Part shown: one piece after another, positions 27,541-35,565 of the stretch
Numbering within the stretch: position 1 is the stretch's first letter
Layout of the letters: each line of letters opens with the position of its first letter
From: a virus
Lineage: Duplodnaviria; Heunggongvirae; Uroviricota; Caudoviricetes
Strand: one strand, 5' to 3'
IMG/VR virus record: IMGVR_UViG_2541047908_000011
Span: 1 to 35,565 of that record
DNA length: 35,565 nucleotides
Position numbers and translations under genes: made by a program
Notes under the pieces: model-generated
What the model was told of the DNA's origin: nothing
Databases searched by the model: none
The model's input: the letters and a program-made list of their open reading frames with translations, nothing else

Positions 27541-27796
27541 GAATCAGCTCCGGTGCATTTGATGTGTTAACCTTGAATCCAACAGGTAAACCGTCGGTTG
27601 GGTTAGGATAAATATCAGGGCGAATTTCATGCGGGGTAACTTCCCACTTCATTAGCTGACATAACGGAATTACCTGCTTTGGGGGAACGTCAAAGCTAAA
27701 CCATTGCCAAACAGTCTGTTGAGCGACCCCCATATAACGACCTATTTCAGCTTGAGTGTATTTCTGCCTAATTTTTTCGCGAGTGCTATCTAGCAT
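27524..27796 (-). CDS. Cro-like HTH regulator (YdaS-like)
   Basis: 90-aa ORF with HTH (QAEIGRYMGVAQQTVWQW). GAGGAG RBS. Divergent from the repressor gene. Confidence 0.65.
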   Translation of the reverse strand: MLDSTREKIRQKYTQAEIGRYMGVAQQTVWQWFSFDVPPKQVIPLCQLMKWEVTPHEIRPDIYPNPTDGLPVGFKVNTSNAPELIHENQA

Positions 27797-27830
27797 TTTG
27801 CTCTCCTCTAAAAAACTATAAGCAAAGCCT

Positions 27831-27869
27831 ACAATAAAAAACTGTACACAATCAACAGTTTTTTATTGT
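27831..27869. promoter_or_regulatory. Operator-like perfect palindrome in the divergent repressor/cro-like intergenic region
   Basis: ACAATAAAAAACTGT, 9-nt spacer, ACAGTTTTTTATTGT: perfect 15-bp arms. Confidence 0.55.
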
Positions 27870-27905
27870 GATGCTTTTAACAGTATTTACCTGTAAAATT
27901 GAATA

Positions 27906-28307
27906 ATGATGAACGCCCTAGAAGTATCTATGTACAGAATCAGCAAGCTTCTTCAGGAAACTGGATGGAGCCAGGCTGAGCTTGCCCGTAGAATTGGTGT
28001 GACACAACAAACTGTTCAACAATGGGTCAGCGGTAAGGCTACACCTAAAGCCTCAAGTTTGGATAAACTGGTTGAGGTTACAGGGCATCCATTGCATTGG
28101 TTTTTATTGCCTCCTGAAGAGGGGGAGCAAATTTTCACCCCTGACACGATGAAAATTGGTCCTCGTCAACGCGAACTGCTCCAGGCTTTTAGTGCGTTTC
28201 CAGAGGAAGACCAAGAAAAAATGCTTCAAGAAATCAAAGACAAGAAAAAATCAATGGAAGAAACCATTGCCCGGTGGTTGGCGGCACAAAAAAGCCGCCG
28301 GGCGTGA
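27906..28307 (+). CDS. Prophage repressor-like HTH (XRE-family) regulator, PaaR-like; first gene of a three-gene operon with a ParE-type TA pair
   Basis: 133-aa ORF with HTH (WSQAELARRIGVTQQTVQQWVSG) and no S24 peptidase domain. Divergent from the cro-like gene. Confidence 0.65.
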   Translation: MMNALEVSMYRISKLLQETGWSQAELARRIGVTQQTVQQWVSGKATPKASSLDKLVEVTGHPLHWFLLPPEEGEQIFTPDTMKIGPRQRELLQAFSAFPEEDQEKMLQEIKDKKKSMEETIARWLAAQKSRRA

Positions 28308-28334
28308 CCACAGTACAAGAAGAGGAGTTATGCC

Positions 28335-28526
28335 ATGAGTACAGCCCTTTCTCCGATAGTTTCAGAATTCGAAACTACCGAACAAGAAAACAGTTACAAC
28401 GAATGGTTACGCGCTAAAGTGGCGTCAAGCCTTGCAGACCCTCGTCCCTCAATTCCACATGATGAGGTAATGGCTGAAATGGAGAATCTTATTGCTCAAA
28501 TTGCTGTAACTAACAGGAGCGAGTAA
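28335..28526 (+). CDS. Antitoxin (PaaA-like, 63 aa) of a ParE-family toxin
   Basis: 63-aa acidic ORF overlapping the toxin start by 1 nt (ATGA-type coupling). Confidence 0.6.
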   Translation: MSTALSPIVSEFETTEQENSYNEWLRAKVASSLADPRPSIPHDEVMAEMENLIAQIAVTNRSE

Positions 28527-28813
28527 TGTTACCCATTTTGTGGCTACCATCTGCTCGCGATGATTTGCGTCAGATCGTAGCCTATATTGCTAAGGAAAAT
28601 ATTCCTGCAGCACGCAGACTAAAAATACGGATTGAAACGTCTGTTTTAGCCCTCTCTGAGCATCCATATCTATATCCGCCAAGTGATCGAGTATCCGGTT
28701 TGCGGGAAATTGTGGTTCACCCTAATTATATCGTTTTGTACCGAGTAGCAACTTCAAGCATTGAAATTGCAAATATTGTGCATGCCCGCCGACAATTTCC
28801 CTTCCCTATCTGA
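28526..28813 (+). CDS. parE: RelE/ParE-family type II toxin
   Basis: 95-aa ORF, MLPILWLPSARDDLRQIVAYIA..., typical ParE N-terminus and size. Coupled to the upstream small antitoxin gene. Confidence 0.7.
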   Translation: MLPILWLPSARDDLRQIVAYIAKENIPAARRLKIRIETSVLALSEHPYLYPPSDRVSGLREIVVHPNYIVLYRVATSSIEIANIVHARRQFPFPI

Positions 28814-28830
28814 ACTGAACAATTTTCACA

Positions 28831-28855
28831 CTCCCTCATTCGAGGGAGTTTTTTT
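28831..28855 (+). terminator. Rho-independent terminator after the repressor-TA operon
   Basis: CTCCCTC-ATTC-GAGGGAG followed by TTTTTTT. Confidence 0.7.
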
Positions 28856-28867
28856 GCCCAACACAAC

Positions 28868-28902
28868 AATTAAAAACTGTTGACACAAAACAGTTTTTAA
28901 TT
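28868..28902. promoter_or_regulatory. Second operator-like palindrome (OL-like), same core as 27831-27869
   Basis: CAATTAAAAACTGTT, 7-nt spacer, AACAGTTTTTAATTG: perfect 15-bp arms, sharing the AAAAACTGT...ACAGTTTTT core. A TTGACA hexamer lies in the spacer. Confidence 0.5.
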
Positions 28903-29226
28903 GTAGATTATTTCCACTACCCACCCCGCCCCACAGAACGCAGGGCAATACTTCGAGTTACCCGGCAGTGGTCAGGGGTTAAGTAGCCAGCCCGAGGCGT
29001 AAGAACATGACGGCAGGGTTCAACTTTAATAACTATGCAGCAGGTTTTTGTTCCGCTACCCCGGCGTTAAGGGGAAACAGAGGATTTCTCAGTGGGCGAA
29101 GTCAAACATCAGAATGGAAGGCATCCCGGGATCGGCAAAGAAGCAGCAATGGCGCTTTATATTGACATCAGCGCCATTGCCGGACAGGTAAGAATTATCA
29201 GAGCGGTAACTAAGCGGTATGCGCCT

Positions 29227-29427
29227 TTACTTCAGAAAGTCTCTGGTGAGTGCACCGAAGATATTGTCAACGATTTCGTCATCAAACTGCGAGGACTCAT
29301 CTTCAGTTACAAGGTGACCACAATTTTTGCAGATGGCTCCCGCGAAACTGTCAGAGCCCTGCGGTTTAAAGGATGTGTCAAAGACTTCGCCACCACATTC
29401 TGGGCAAGAAAACTTGATTGTATTCAT
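29227..29427 (-). CDS. Small zinc-ribbon protein (CPEC...CKNC), antisense to the early-left operon
   Basis: 66-aa ORF with two CxxC pairs about 22 residues apart. Strong GAGGAA RBS 7 nt upstream of ATG 29427. Confidence 0.45.
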   Translation of the reverse strand: MNTIKFSCPECGGEVFDTSFKPQGSDSFAGAICKNCGHLVTEDESSQFDDEIVDNIFGALTRDFLK

Positions 29428-29519
29428 AACCAATTTCCTCTCGAGTAACAGACCCCTCAGAGGATACCACCTCGCCTGACGTGGTTAAAAGCAGGCAACG
29501 CTAACCACAAGGAGCCGAC

Positions 29520-29738
29520 ATGCAGAAACGAGAACCCGTCATCATCGCGCCAGACTATACCGATGATGAACTTTATGAGTGGATGCGCCAGAAAATTAAT
29601 GCAGCGCAGGATCTGAAATGGGCCAATGAAGCCAGGGCTAAGCAGGCTGAAAATCTGTCCGCTCTGGAGCAGGATATCACCAATCTGGAAAAAGCAGCGG
29701 CATTAAGCATTGCCAGAATGATTACATACCCGCGTTAA
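29520..29738 (+). CDS. Hypothetical early-left protein (72 aa, coiled-coil-like)
   Basis: AAGGAG RBS before the ATG. Orientation matches the early-left operon. Confidence 0.45.
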   Translation: MQKREPVIIAPDYTDDELYEWMRQKINAAQDLKWANEARAKQAENLSALEQDITNLEKAAALSIARMITYPR

Positions 29739-30305
29739 TAGCTAACCAACGAAGCTAAGGTTGGTAATTAAGGAGTTCTCCACGGGTGAGGTGGAGTGCG
29801 TGCGCCGGACACGGGTGAACATCCAGCACAGACAGTTTACTGAAAGGATATTTCCCTGAAAAGTCAGACCATAACGCGAAAGCGCACGGCGAGGTAGCTG
29901 GTTCATAGATAGCCTGTCGTTAAATTTTCGTCGACCGTGCGCTTCCGGTTGTGGCACTCCGCGAAATGGCGCGGCGGTAAGTATGGCGGGGTTATTCCTT
30001 CCCCGTTGAGGACACCGGGTTGTCAGGTTGACCATACGCTTAAGTGACAACCCCGCTGCAACGCCCTCTGTTATCAATTTTCTGGTGACGTTTGGCGGTA
30101 TCAGTTTTACTCCGTGACTGCTCTGCCGCCCTTTTTAAAGTGAATTTTGTGATGTGGTGAATGCGGCTGAGCGCACGCGGAACAGTTAAAACCAAAAACA
30201 GTGTTATGGGTGGATTCTCTGTATCCGGCGTTAATTGTTAACTGGTTAACGTCACCTGGAGGCACCAGGCACCGCATCACAAAATTCATTGTTGAGGACG
30301 CGATA

Positions 30306-30494
30306 ATGGAAACGTTATTACCAAACGTTAATACGTCTGAAGGTTGTTTTGAAATTGGTGTCACTATCAGTAACCCTGAATTTACTGAAGATGCCATTAA
30401 CAAGAGAAAACACGAACGGGAGTTATTAAATAAAATATGCATTGTTTCAATGCTGGCCCGTTTACGCCTGATGCAAAAAGGACGCTGGCAATGA
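30306..30494 (+). CDS. Hypothetical small protein (62 aa)
   Basis: GAGGA RBS. Translationally coupled (ATGA overlap) to the next ORF. Confidence 0.4.
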   Translation: METLLPNVNTSEGCFEIGVTISNPEFTEDAINKRKHERELLNKICIVSMLARLRLMQKGRWQ

Positions 30495-30694
30495 ATACTG
30501 CTGTTGCCCTCACTCTGACTGTTTTTCTTAATACTGGCGAACCTGTTGATGTGGTTACTGGTATATATGGTTCAATGAAAGAATGTATGGCTGCCGCAGC
30601 AGAACAGAAAATTCCTGGTAACTGTTATCCGGTCGAGAAAGTTATTCGCATGGATAATAACGAAATCCCGGCAGGATTAAAAACAGCGCCGTAA
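30491..30694 (+). CDS. Hypothetical small protein with N-terminal hydrophobic (signal/TM-like) segment
   Basis: 67-aa ORF, MNTAVALTLTVFL..., with AAGGA RBS. Confidence 0.45.
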   Translation: MNTAVALTLTVFLNTGEPVDVVTGIYGSMKECMAAAAEQKIPGNCYPVEKVIRMDNNEIPAGLKTAP

Positions 30695-30773
30695 TTAATA
30701 TCCAGTTTCATTTTTATATGCCAGCAATGGCAGGGATTTGTTCACCCTTAAATCTGTAATGAGGTAAAACAAA

Positions 30774-33245
30774 ATGAGTAAAGTCTTTATTTGCGCCGCC
30801 ATTCCGGACGAACAGGCAATAAAGGAAGAAGGTGCAGTTGCTGTAGCCACTGCCATTGAAGCCGGTGACGAACGCCGCGCCCGTGCCAAATTTACCTGGC
30901 AATTCCTGGAGCAATATCCGGCTGCTCAGGACTGCGCTTATAAATTTCTTGTCTGCGAGGATAAAACCGGCATGCCCCGCCCTGCTATAGACTCCTGGGA
31001 TACCGAATATATGCAGGAAAACCGCTGGGATGAGGAATCCGCTTCCTTTATTCCGGTCGAACCAGAATCCGATCCGATGAACGTCAATTTTGACAAGCTG
31101 TCCCTTGAAGTACAGAACGCGGTTCTGGTTAAGTTCGGTACATGTGAAAACATCACCGTTGATATGGTGATTAGTGCTCAGGAATTACTGCAGGAGGACA
31201 TGGCAACATTCGACGGGCATATCGTTGAGGCATTGATGAAAATGCCTGAAGTTAACGTCATGTATTCAGAGCTTAAGCTGCTCGCCATCGGGTGGGTTAA
31301 ACATAAATGTAAGCCGGGTGCAAAATGGCCTGAGATCCAGACAGAATTACGCACCTGGAAAAAACGTCGCGAAGCCGAACGCAAAGAAACCGGGAAATAC
31401 ACGTCTGTTGTTGATCTTGCCCGCGCCAGAGTCAACCGGCAGCACACTGAAAACTCAGCAGGAAAAATCAACCCCGCCACTGCCGCCATTCGTCGCGAAT
31501 ACAAGCAGACATGGAAAACGCTGGATGAAGAACTGGCCTACGCTCTGTGGCCTGGTGATATTAATGCCGGAAACATTGACGGCAGCATCCATCGCTGGGC
31601 AAAAAATGAAGTTATCGACAAAGATCGCGAAGACTGGAAGCGTATCTCGGCATCAATGCGCAAACAGCCTGATGCCCTTCGCTACGACCGCCAGACTATT
31701 TTTGGCCTTGTCCGTGAACGTCCGATCGACATTCACAAAGACCCTGTGGCACTGAACAAATACATTACTGAATACCTGACTACAAAGGGCGTGTTTGAAG
31801 ATGAAGGAAGAAATCAGAGCGCAACTGATACTCTCTCGTCGCCAGTACCAGAAACTGATGCAGTGGAAACGGCAATTCCGGACAACGAAAAAACCGAATG
31901 CCAAGTGGAAGTCGAACCATCTGTAGAGCGTGAGGGGCCGTTCTACTTCCTCTTCACCGACAAGGATGGCGAAAAATACGGTCGCGCAAACAAACTTTCT
32001 GGTCTGGATAAGGCACTGGCTGCCGGGGCTACTGAAATCACGAAAGAAGAATATTTCGCCCGCAAAAACGGTACATACTCAGGTTCACAACAAAATACTG
32101 GTGCATCTGACACGACCGCACAACCAGGGCCGGTAAAAGTTACCGCTGACGAAGTAAACAAAATTATGCAGGCAGCCAATATCAGCCAGCCTGACGCCGA
32201 TGAACTGCTTGCAGTATCACGTGGTGAATTTGTTGCAGGGATTAGCGATCCGAATGATCCGAAATGGGTGAAGGGGATTGAAACCCGCGATTCTGTGAAC
32301 CAGAACCAGCAAAAAACGGAACAGAACGACCAGAAAGCGGAACAAAACAGCCCAAATACGCAACAAAACGAGCCAGAAACGAAACAACCTGAACCAGTAG
32401 TGCAACAGGAACCGGAAAAGATCTGCACCGCCTGCGGTCAGAGCGGTTGCGGCAACTGCCCTGATTGTGGCGCGGTGATGGGCGACGCAACATACCAGGA
32501 AACATTCGATGAAGAGAATCAGGTTGAAGTTCAGGAAAATGATCCGGAGGAAATGGAAGGCGCTGAACATCCACACAAGGAGAACACTGGCGGCAATCAG
32601 CATCACGATAGCGATAATGAAACTGGCGAGGCGGCAGATCACTCAATTAAGGTGAACGGTCATCACGAAATCACATCCACCAGCAGGACGTGTGACCATC
32701 TAATGATCGACCTCGAAACCATGGGAAAAAATCCTGATGCCCCGATTATCTCAATAGGTGCAATATTTTTCGATCCGCAAACCGGAGATATGGGACCGGA
32801 ATTTAGTAAGACTATCGATCTGGAAACTGCTGGCGGAGTCATTGATCGGGACACCATTAAATGGTGGCTGAAGCAATCACGCGAAGCGCAATCTGCCATT
32901 ATGACCGATGAAATCCCGTTAGATGATGCACTGTTACAATTGCGAGAATTTATCGACGAAAACTCCGGTGAATTTTTTGTTCAGGTCTGGGGAAATGGAG
33001 CCAACTTCGACAACACGATTTTGCGCCGTTCATACGAACGGCAGGGGATCCCCTGCCCGTGGCGTTACTACAACGATCGCGATGTACGCACAATCGTTGA
33101 GCTGGGGAAAGCCATAGACTTCGATGCCAGAACGGCTATTCCATTCGAAGGTGAGCGCCATAATGCACTTGATGACGCTCGTTACCAGGCAAAATACGTT
33201 TCATCTATCTGGCAAAAACTGATCCCGAGTCAGGCTGATTTTTAA
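30774..33245 (+). CDS. Large exonuclease (annotated in relatives as exodeoxyribonuclease VIII-like) with C-terminal DEDDh-type 3'-5' exonuclease domain
   Basis: 823-aa ORF. Acidic/Gln-rich low-complexity linker, Cys4 cluster (CTACGQSGCGNCPDCG), then C-terminal MIDLETMG (D-x-E), WGNGANFD and HNALDDARY motifs typical of DnaQ-like exonucleases. Confidence 0.65.
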   Translation: MSKVFICAAIPDEQAIKEEGAVAVATAIEAGDERRARAKFTWQFLEQYPAAQDCAYKFLVCEDKTGMPRPAIDSWDTEYMQENRWDEESASFIPVEPESDPMNVNFDKLSLEVQNAVLVKFGTCENITVDMVISAQELLQEDMATFDGHIVEALMKMPEVNVMYSELKLLAIGWVKHKCKPGAKWPEIQTELRTWKKRREAERKETGKYTSVVDLARARVNRQHTENSAGKINPATAAIRREYKQTWKTLDEELAYALWPGDINAGNIDGSIHRWAKNEVIDKDREDWKRISASMRKQPDALRYDRQTIFGLVRERPIDIHKDPVALNKYITEYLTTKGVFEDEGRNQSATDTLSSPVPETDAVETAIPDNEKTECQVEVEPSVEREGPFYFLFTDKDGEKYGRANKLSGLDKALAAGATEITKEEYFARKNGTYSGSQQNTGASDTTAQPGPVKVTADEVNKIMQAANISQPDADELLAVSRGEFVAGISDPNDPKWVKGIETRDSVNQNQQKTEQNDQKAEQNSPNTQQNEPETKQPEPVVQQEPEKICTACGQSGCGNCPDCGAVMGDATYQETFDEENQVEVQENDPEEMEGAEHPHKENTGGNQHHDSDNETGEAADHSIKVNGHHEITSTSRTCDHLMIDLETMGKNPDAPIISIGAIFFDPQTGDMGPEFSKTIDLETAGGVIDRDTIKWWLKQSREAQSAIMTDEIPLDDALLQLREFIDENSGEFFVQVWGNGANFDNTILRRSYERQGIPCPWRYYNDRDVRTIVELGKAIDFDARTAIPFEGERHNALDDARYQAKYVSSIWQKLIPSQADF

Positions 33246-33303
33246 TGTTCAACCCTAATTGCCGCTAACCGTATATAGTTAGCGGCGGTTATGAGATATA
33301 GCT

Positions 33304-33507
33304 ATGAGCAGCTTATTTTTAACCGAAGATGAATTGCTAATATTAACGGGCTGCAAATATGCAAGCCACCAGCGAAAATGGTTAATGGAAAACGGGCTTC
33401 CGTTCTATACCAATCGTAGTGGCAAACCGATTGTCAGCCGGGATCTATTTACCTGCAATAAAACTTTACCACCACGCGAGGTAGAGCCGAATTTTGGTGC
33501 GATCTGA
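33304..33507 (+). CDS. Excisionase-like protein
   Basis: 67-aa ORF immediately upstream of int, with its stop overlapping the int start. Confidence 0.6.
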   Translation: MSSLFLTEDELLILTGCKYASHQRKWLMENGLPFYTNRSGKPIVSRDLFTCNKTLPPREVEPNFGAI

Positions 33508-34532
33508 TGGGAAGACGAAGGAAAAATCCTGAACACGAAAAATTACCTCCAAATGTATACCCAAATAAATATAGTTATGTATGGAAACCAACATCCAGAG
33601 AATCTGTCACACTAACCGCCATCAAGGATGGTTTAGCTGCTTTATGGAAAAAGTATGAGGAAACTGTAAATAATCGCGATCGTGCAATGACATTCGGTCG
33701 CTTGTGGGAAAAATTCCTCGCCAGCGCCTATTACAGTGACCTTAGTCCAAGAACACAAAAAGATTATCTGCAACATCAAAAAAAGTTGCTTGCCGTATTC
33801 GGTAAGGTACCAGCGGATTCCATAAAACCAGAACACATCCGTCGATACATGGACAAAAGAGGGGAGCAGAGTAAAACGCAAGCCAACCATGAAAAAAGCA
33901 GTATGTCCCGTGTTTACAGTTGGGGGTATGAGCGAGGGTACGTGAAGGCTAACCCATGTGCAGGTGTAAGTAAATTCAAGGCCAAAAACCGCGAACGATA
34001 TGTAACCGACAAAGAATACCAGGCAGTATTAAGCGTTGCACCTCTTCCTGTTTTTATCGCAATGGAAATTGCCTATCTGTGTGCAGCGAGGGTTTCCGAT
34101 GTGTTATCGCTGAAATGGGAACAGATTGGAAACGACGGGATATTCATCCAGCAAGGGAAAACCGGAAAAAAACAGATAAAAGCATGGAGTCCACGATTAC
34201 AGGCAGCGATCGAAAAAGCAAAACAGTTACCAAAATCTGCCTATGTGATCAGCAATCAATACGGCAACCGATATATGTACAAAGGCTTTAACGAAATGTG
34301 GGTAGATGCAAGAAATCGTGCTGGAAAAATTTCAGGTATTTTAACCGACTTCACCTTTCATGATCTGAAGGCGAAAGGAATTTCAGACTATGAAGGAAGC
34401 AGCCGGGATAAGCAACTTTTCTCTGGTCACAAAACCGAAGGGCAAGTGCTAATCTATGACAGGAAGGTTAAAGTTTCACCAACACTTGATGTCCCGTTAC
34501 CTGAAAATATTCCAAGAAAATATTCCAAGTAA
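33507..34532 (+). CDS. int: Tyrosine integrase (lambda Int family)
   Basis: 341-aa ORF with a C-terminal catalytic region (FHDLKA...GH...LIYDRK) consistent with the R-H-R-Y active site. Adjacent to the tRNA 3' end. Confidence 0.9.
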   Translation: MGRRRKNPEHEKLPPNVYPNKYSYVWKPTSRESVTLTAIKDGLAALWKKYEETVNNRDRAMTFGRLWEKFLASAYYSDLSPRTQKDYLQHQKKLLAVFGKVPADSIKPEHIRRYMDKRGEQSKTQANHEKSSMSRVYSWGYERGYVKANPCAGVSKFKAKNRERYVTDKEYQAVLSVAPLPVFIAMEIAYLCAARVSDVLSLKWEQIGNDGIFIQQGKTGKKQIKAWSPRLQAAIEKAKQLPKSAYVISNQYGNRYMYKGFNEMWVDARNRAGKISGILTDFTFHDLKAKGISDYEGSSRDKQLFSGHKTEGQVLIYDRKVKVSPTLDVPLPENIPRKYSK

Positions 34533-34584
34533 TTCCAAGTGTGATTTTTGTCACTGACTTAATGATGTGTAAGTGATTGAATTT

Positions 34585-34674
34585 TGGCGGAGAGAGGGGG
34601 ATTTGAACCCCCGGTGGAGTTGCCCCCACTCCGGTTTTCGAGACCGGTCCGTTCAGCCGCTCCGGCATCTCTCC
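34585..34674 (-). tRNA. serU: tRNA-Ser (anticodon CGA)
   Basis: Minus strand reads GGAGAGATGCCGGAGCGGCTGAACGGACCGGTCTCGAAAACCGGAGTGGGGGCAACTCCACCGGGGGTTCAAATCCCCCTCTCTCCGCCA: 90 nt with long variable arm and CCA end; anticodon loop CU-CGA-AA. Confidence 0.9.
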
Positions 34675-34767
34675 GTTCAGATGGTTGCCATGATGCCAGG
34701 AAATTTGGCATTTTAACAGTCCCTGTCCGTGCAATTTTGTTCAAGTGACGAGTTTGCGAGCAAAACG

Positions 34768-35565
34768 ATGATTAAGTGGCCCTGGAAAGTACAAGAATCA
34801 GCACATCAAACTGCCCTTCCCTGGCAGGAAGCACTATCGATCCCCCTTTTAACGTGTCTGACAGAACAGGAACAAAGCAAATTGGTCGCTCTTGCCGAAC
34901 GTTTTTTACAGCAAAAACGGCTTGTTCCTTTACAGGGCTTTGAGCTGAATTCATTAAGAAGCTGCCGGATAGCACTTCTATTTTGCCTGCCCGTTCTGGA
35001 GTTAGGACTGGAATGGCTGGATGGTTTTCATGAAGTCTTAATTTATCCTGCGCCATTTGTGGTCGATGATGAATGGGAAGACGATATCGGTCTGGTGCAT
35101 AACCAACGTATTGTTCAGTCAGGTCAGAGCTGGCAGCAAGGGCCTATCGTTTTGAACTGGTTGGATATACAAGATTCTTTTGATGCTTCTGGTTTTAACC
35201 TGATTATTCATGAAGTCGCTCATAAGCTGGACACCCGTAACGGCGATCGCGCCAGCGGAGTTCCCTTTATTTCGTTGCGTGAGGTTGCTGGCTGGGAACA
35301 TGATCTTCATGCTGCAATGAACAACATTCAGGAAGAAATCGAATTAGTTGGTGAGAATGCGGCGAGCATTGATGCTTATGCTGCCAGTGATCCTGCTGAA
35401 TGTTTTGCCGTACTTTCTGAATATTTCTTTAGCGCCCCAGAACTTTTTGCTCCTCGTTTCCCTTCATTGTGGCAACGTTTCTGTCAATTTTATCAACAAG
35501 ATCCTTTGCAGAGACTGCATCACGCTAATGATACAGACCCGTTTTCGGCGACGAATGTTCATTAA
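34768..35565 (+). CDS. mtfA: Host gene mtfA (Mlc titration factor A / YeeI, zinc-dependent peptidase)
   Basis: 265-aa [23 protein letters not shown]..., with HEVAH zinc-binding motif. This is the known chromosomal neighbour of serU in E. coli. Confidence 0.9.
   Translation: MIKWPWKVQESAHQTALPWQEALSIPLLTCLTEQEQSKLVALAERFLQQKRLVPLQGFELNSLRSCRIALLFCLPVLELGLEWLDGFHEVLIYPAPFVVDDEWEDDIGLVHNQRIVQSGQSWQQGPIVLNWLDIQDSFDASGFNLIIHEVAHKLDTRNGDRASGVPFISLREVAGWEHDLHAAMNNIQEEIELVGENAASIDAYAASDPAECFAVLSEYFFSAPELFAPRFPSLWQRFCQFYQQDPLQRLHHANDTDPFSATNVH

Larger units (their letters stand above)
1..34584. mobile_element. Lambdoid prophage, partial (left end outside window), integrated at tRNA-Ser serU; right junction about 34533-34600
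   Basis: Contiguous phage gene order on the minus strand (tail, head, terminase, lysis, Q, nin region, replication, cro-like) and on the plus strand (repressor, early-left genes, xis, int), ending at a tRNA 3' end next to host mtfA. Gene J is cut by the window start. Confidence 0.9.

Noticed and set aside
29092-29448. 118-aa plus-strand ORF overlapping the zinc-ribbon gene
   Set aside because: GTG start, no recognisable motifs, and it overlaps a minus-strand ORF with a strong RBS and clear CxxC zinc-ribbon signature. Kept as the less likely alternative, not excluded.
28903-29520. Search for a lambda N-like antiterminator and nut (boxA/boxB) sites downstream of the OL-like operator
   Set aside because: No small Arg-rich N-like ORF or recognisable boxA/boxB was found by eye; absence from the phage is not proven.
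29742-30077. 111-aa minus-strand ORF
   Set aside because: Arg-rich low-complexity composition, no RBS, in a hairpin-rich region more consistent with non-coding sequence.
31943-32646. Minus-strand ORFs (161, 141 and 134 aa) inside the large exonuclease gene
   Set aside because: They overlap the low-complexity acidic/Gln-rich linker of the plus-strand gene, where repetitive codons generate open antisense frames; Cys/Phe-rich nonsense composition.

Overview
This window is most of a mosaic lambdoid prophage integrated at tRNA-Ser(CGA) (serU) beside host mtfA; the prophage continues past the window start (gene J is truncated at position 1). All calls rest on reading the ORF translations and DNA by eye; no searches were run. 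Layout, right to left: attachment junction and serU (34585-34674), integrase and excisionase, a leftward early operon with an 823-aa exonuclease, an immunity region whose repressor is co-operonic with a ParE-family toxin-antitoxin pair, Cro-like/YdaT-like/O-like/DnaC-like replication genes with iterons inside the O-like gene, a nin-like region carrying a QueH-like gene and a Hok toxin, RusA, a Q-like antiterminator, a lysis cassette, then HNH, terminase, HK97-type head genes and lambda-type tail-tip genes (M, L, K, I, J). The strongest candidate for a novel system is an AT-rich two-gene cassette at 18393-19943, sitting between Q and the holin where Stx phages carry stx: a 346-aa soluble protein translationally coupled to a 169-aa four-helix membrane protein, which I interpret as a possible abortive-infection or defence module. 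Other points of interest are paired perfect palindromic operators flanking the repressor operon, a -1 frameshift site (A AAA AAG) in the tail chaperone genes, a lambda-like cos candidate, an oppositely oriented AT-rich moron, and an ORF-free hairpin-rich stretch in the early-left operon.
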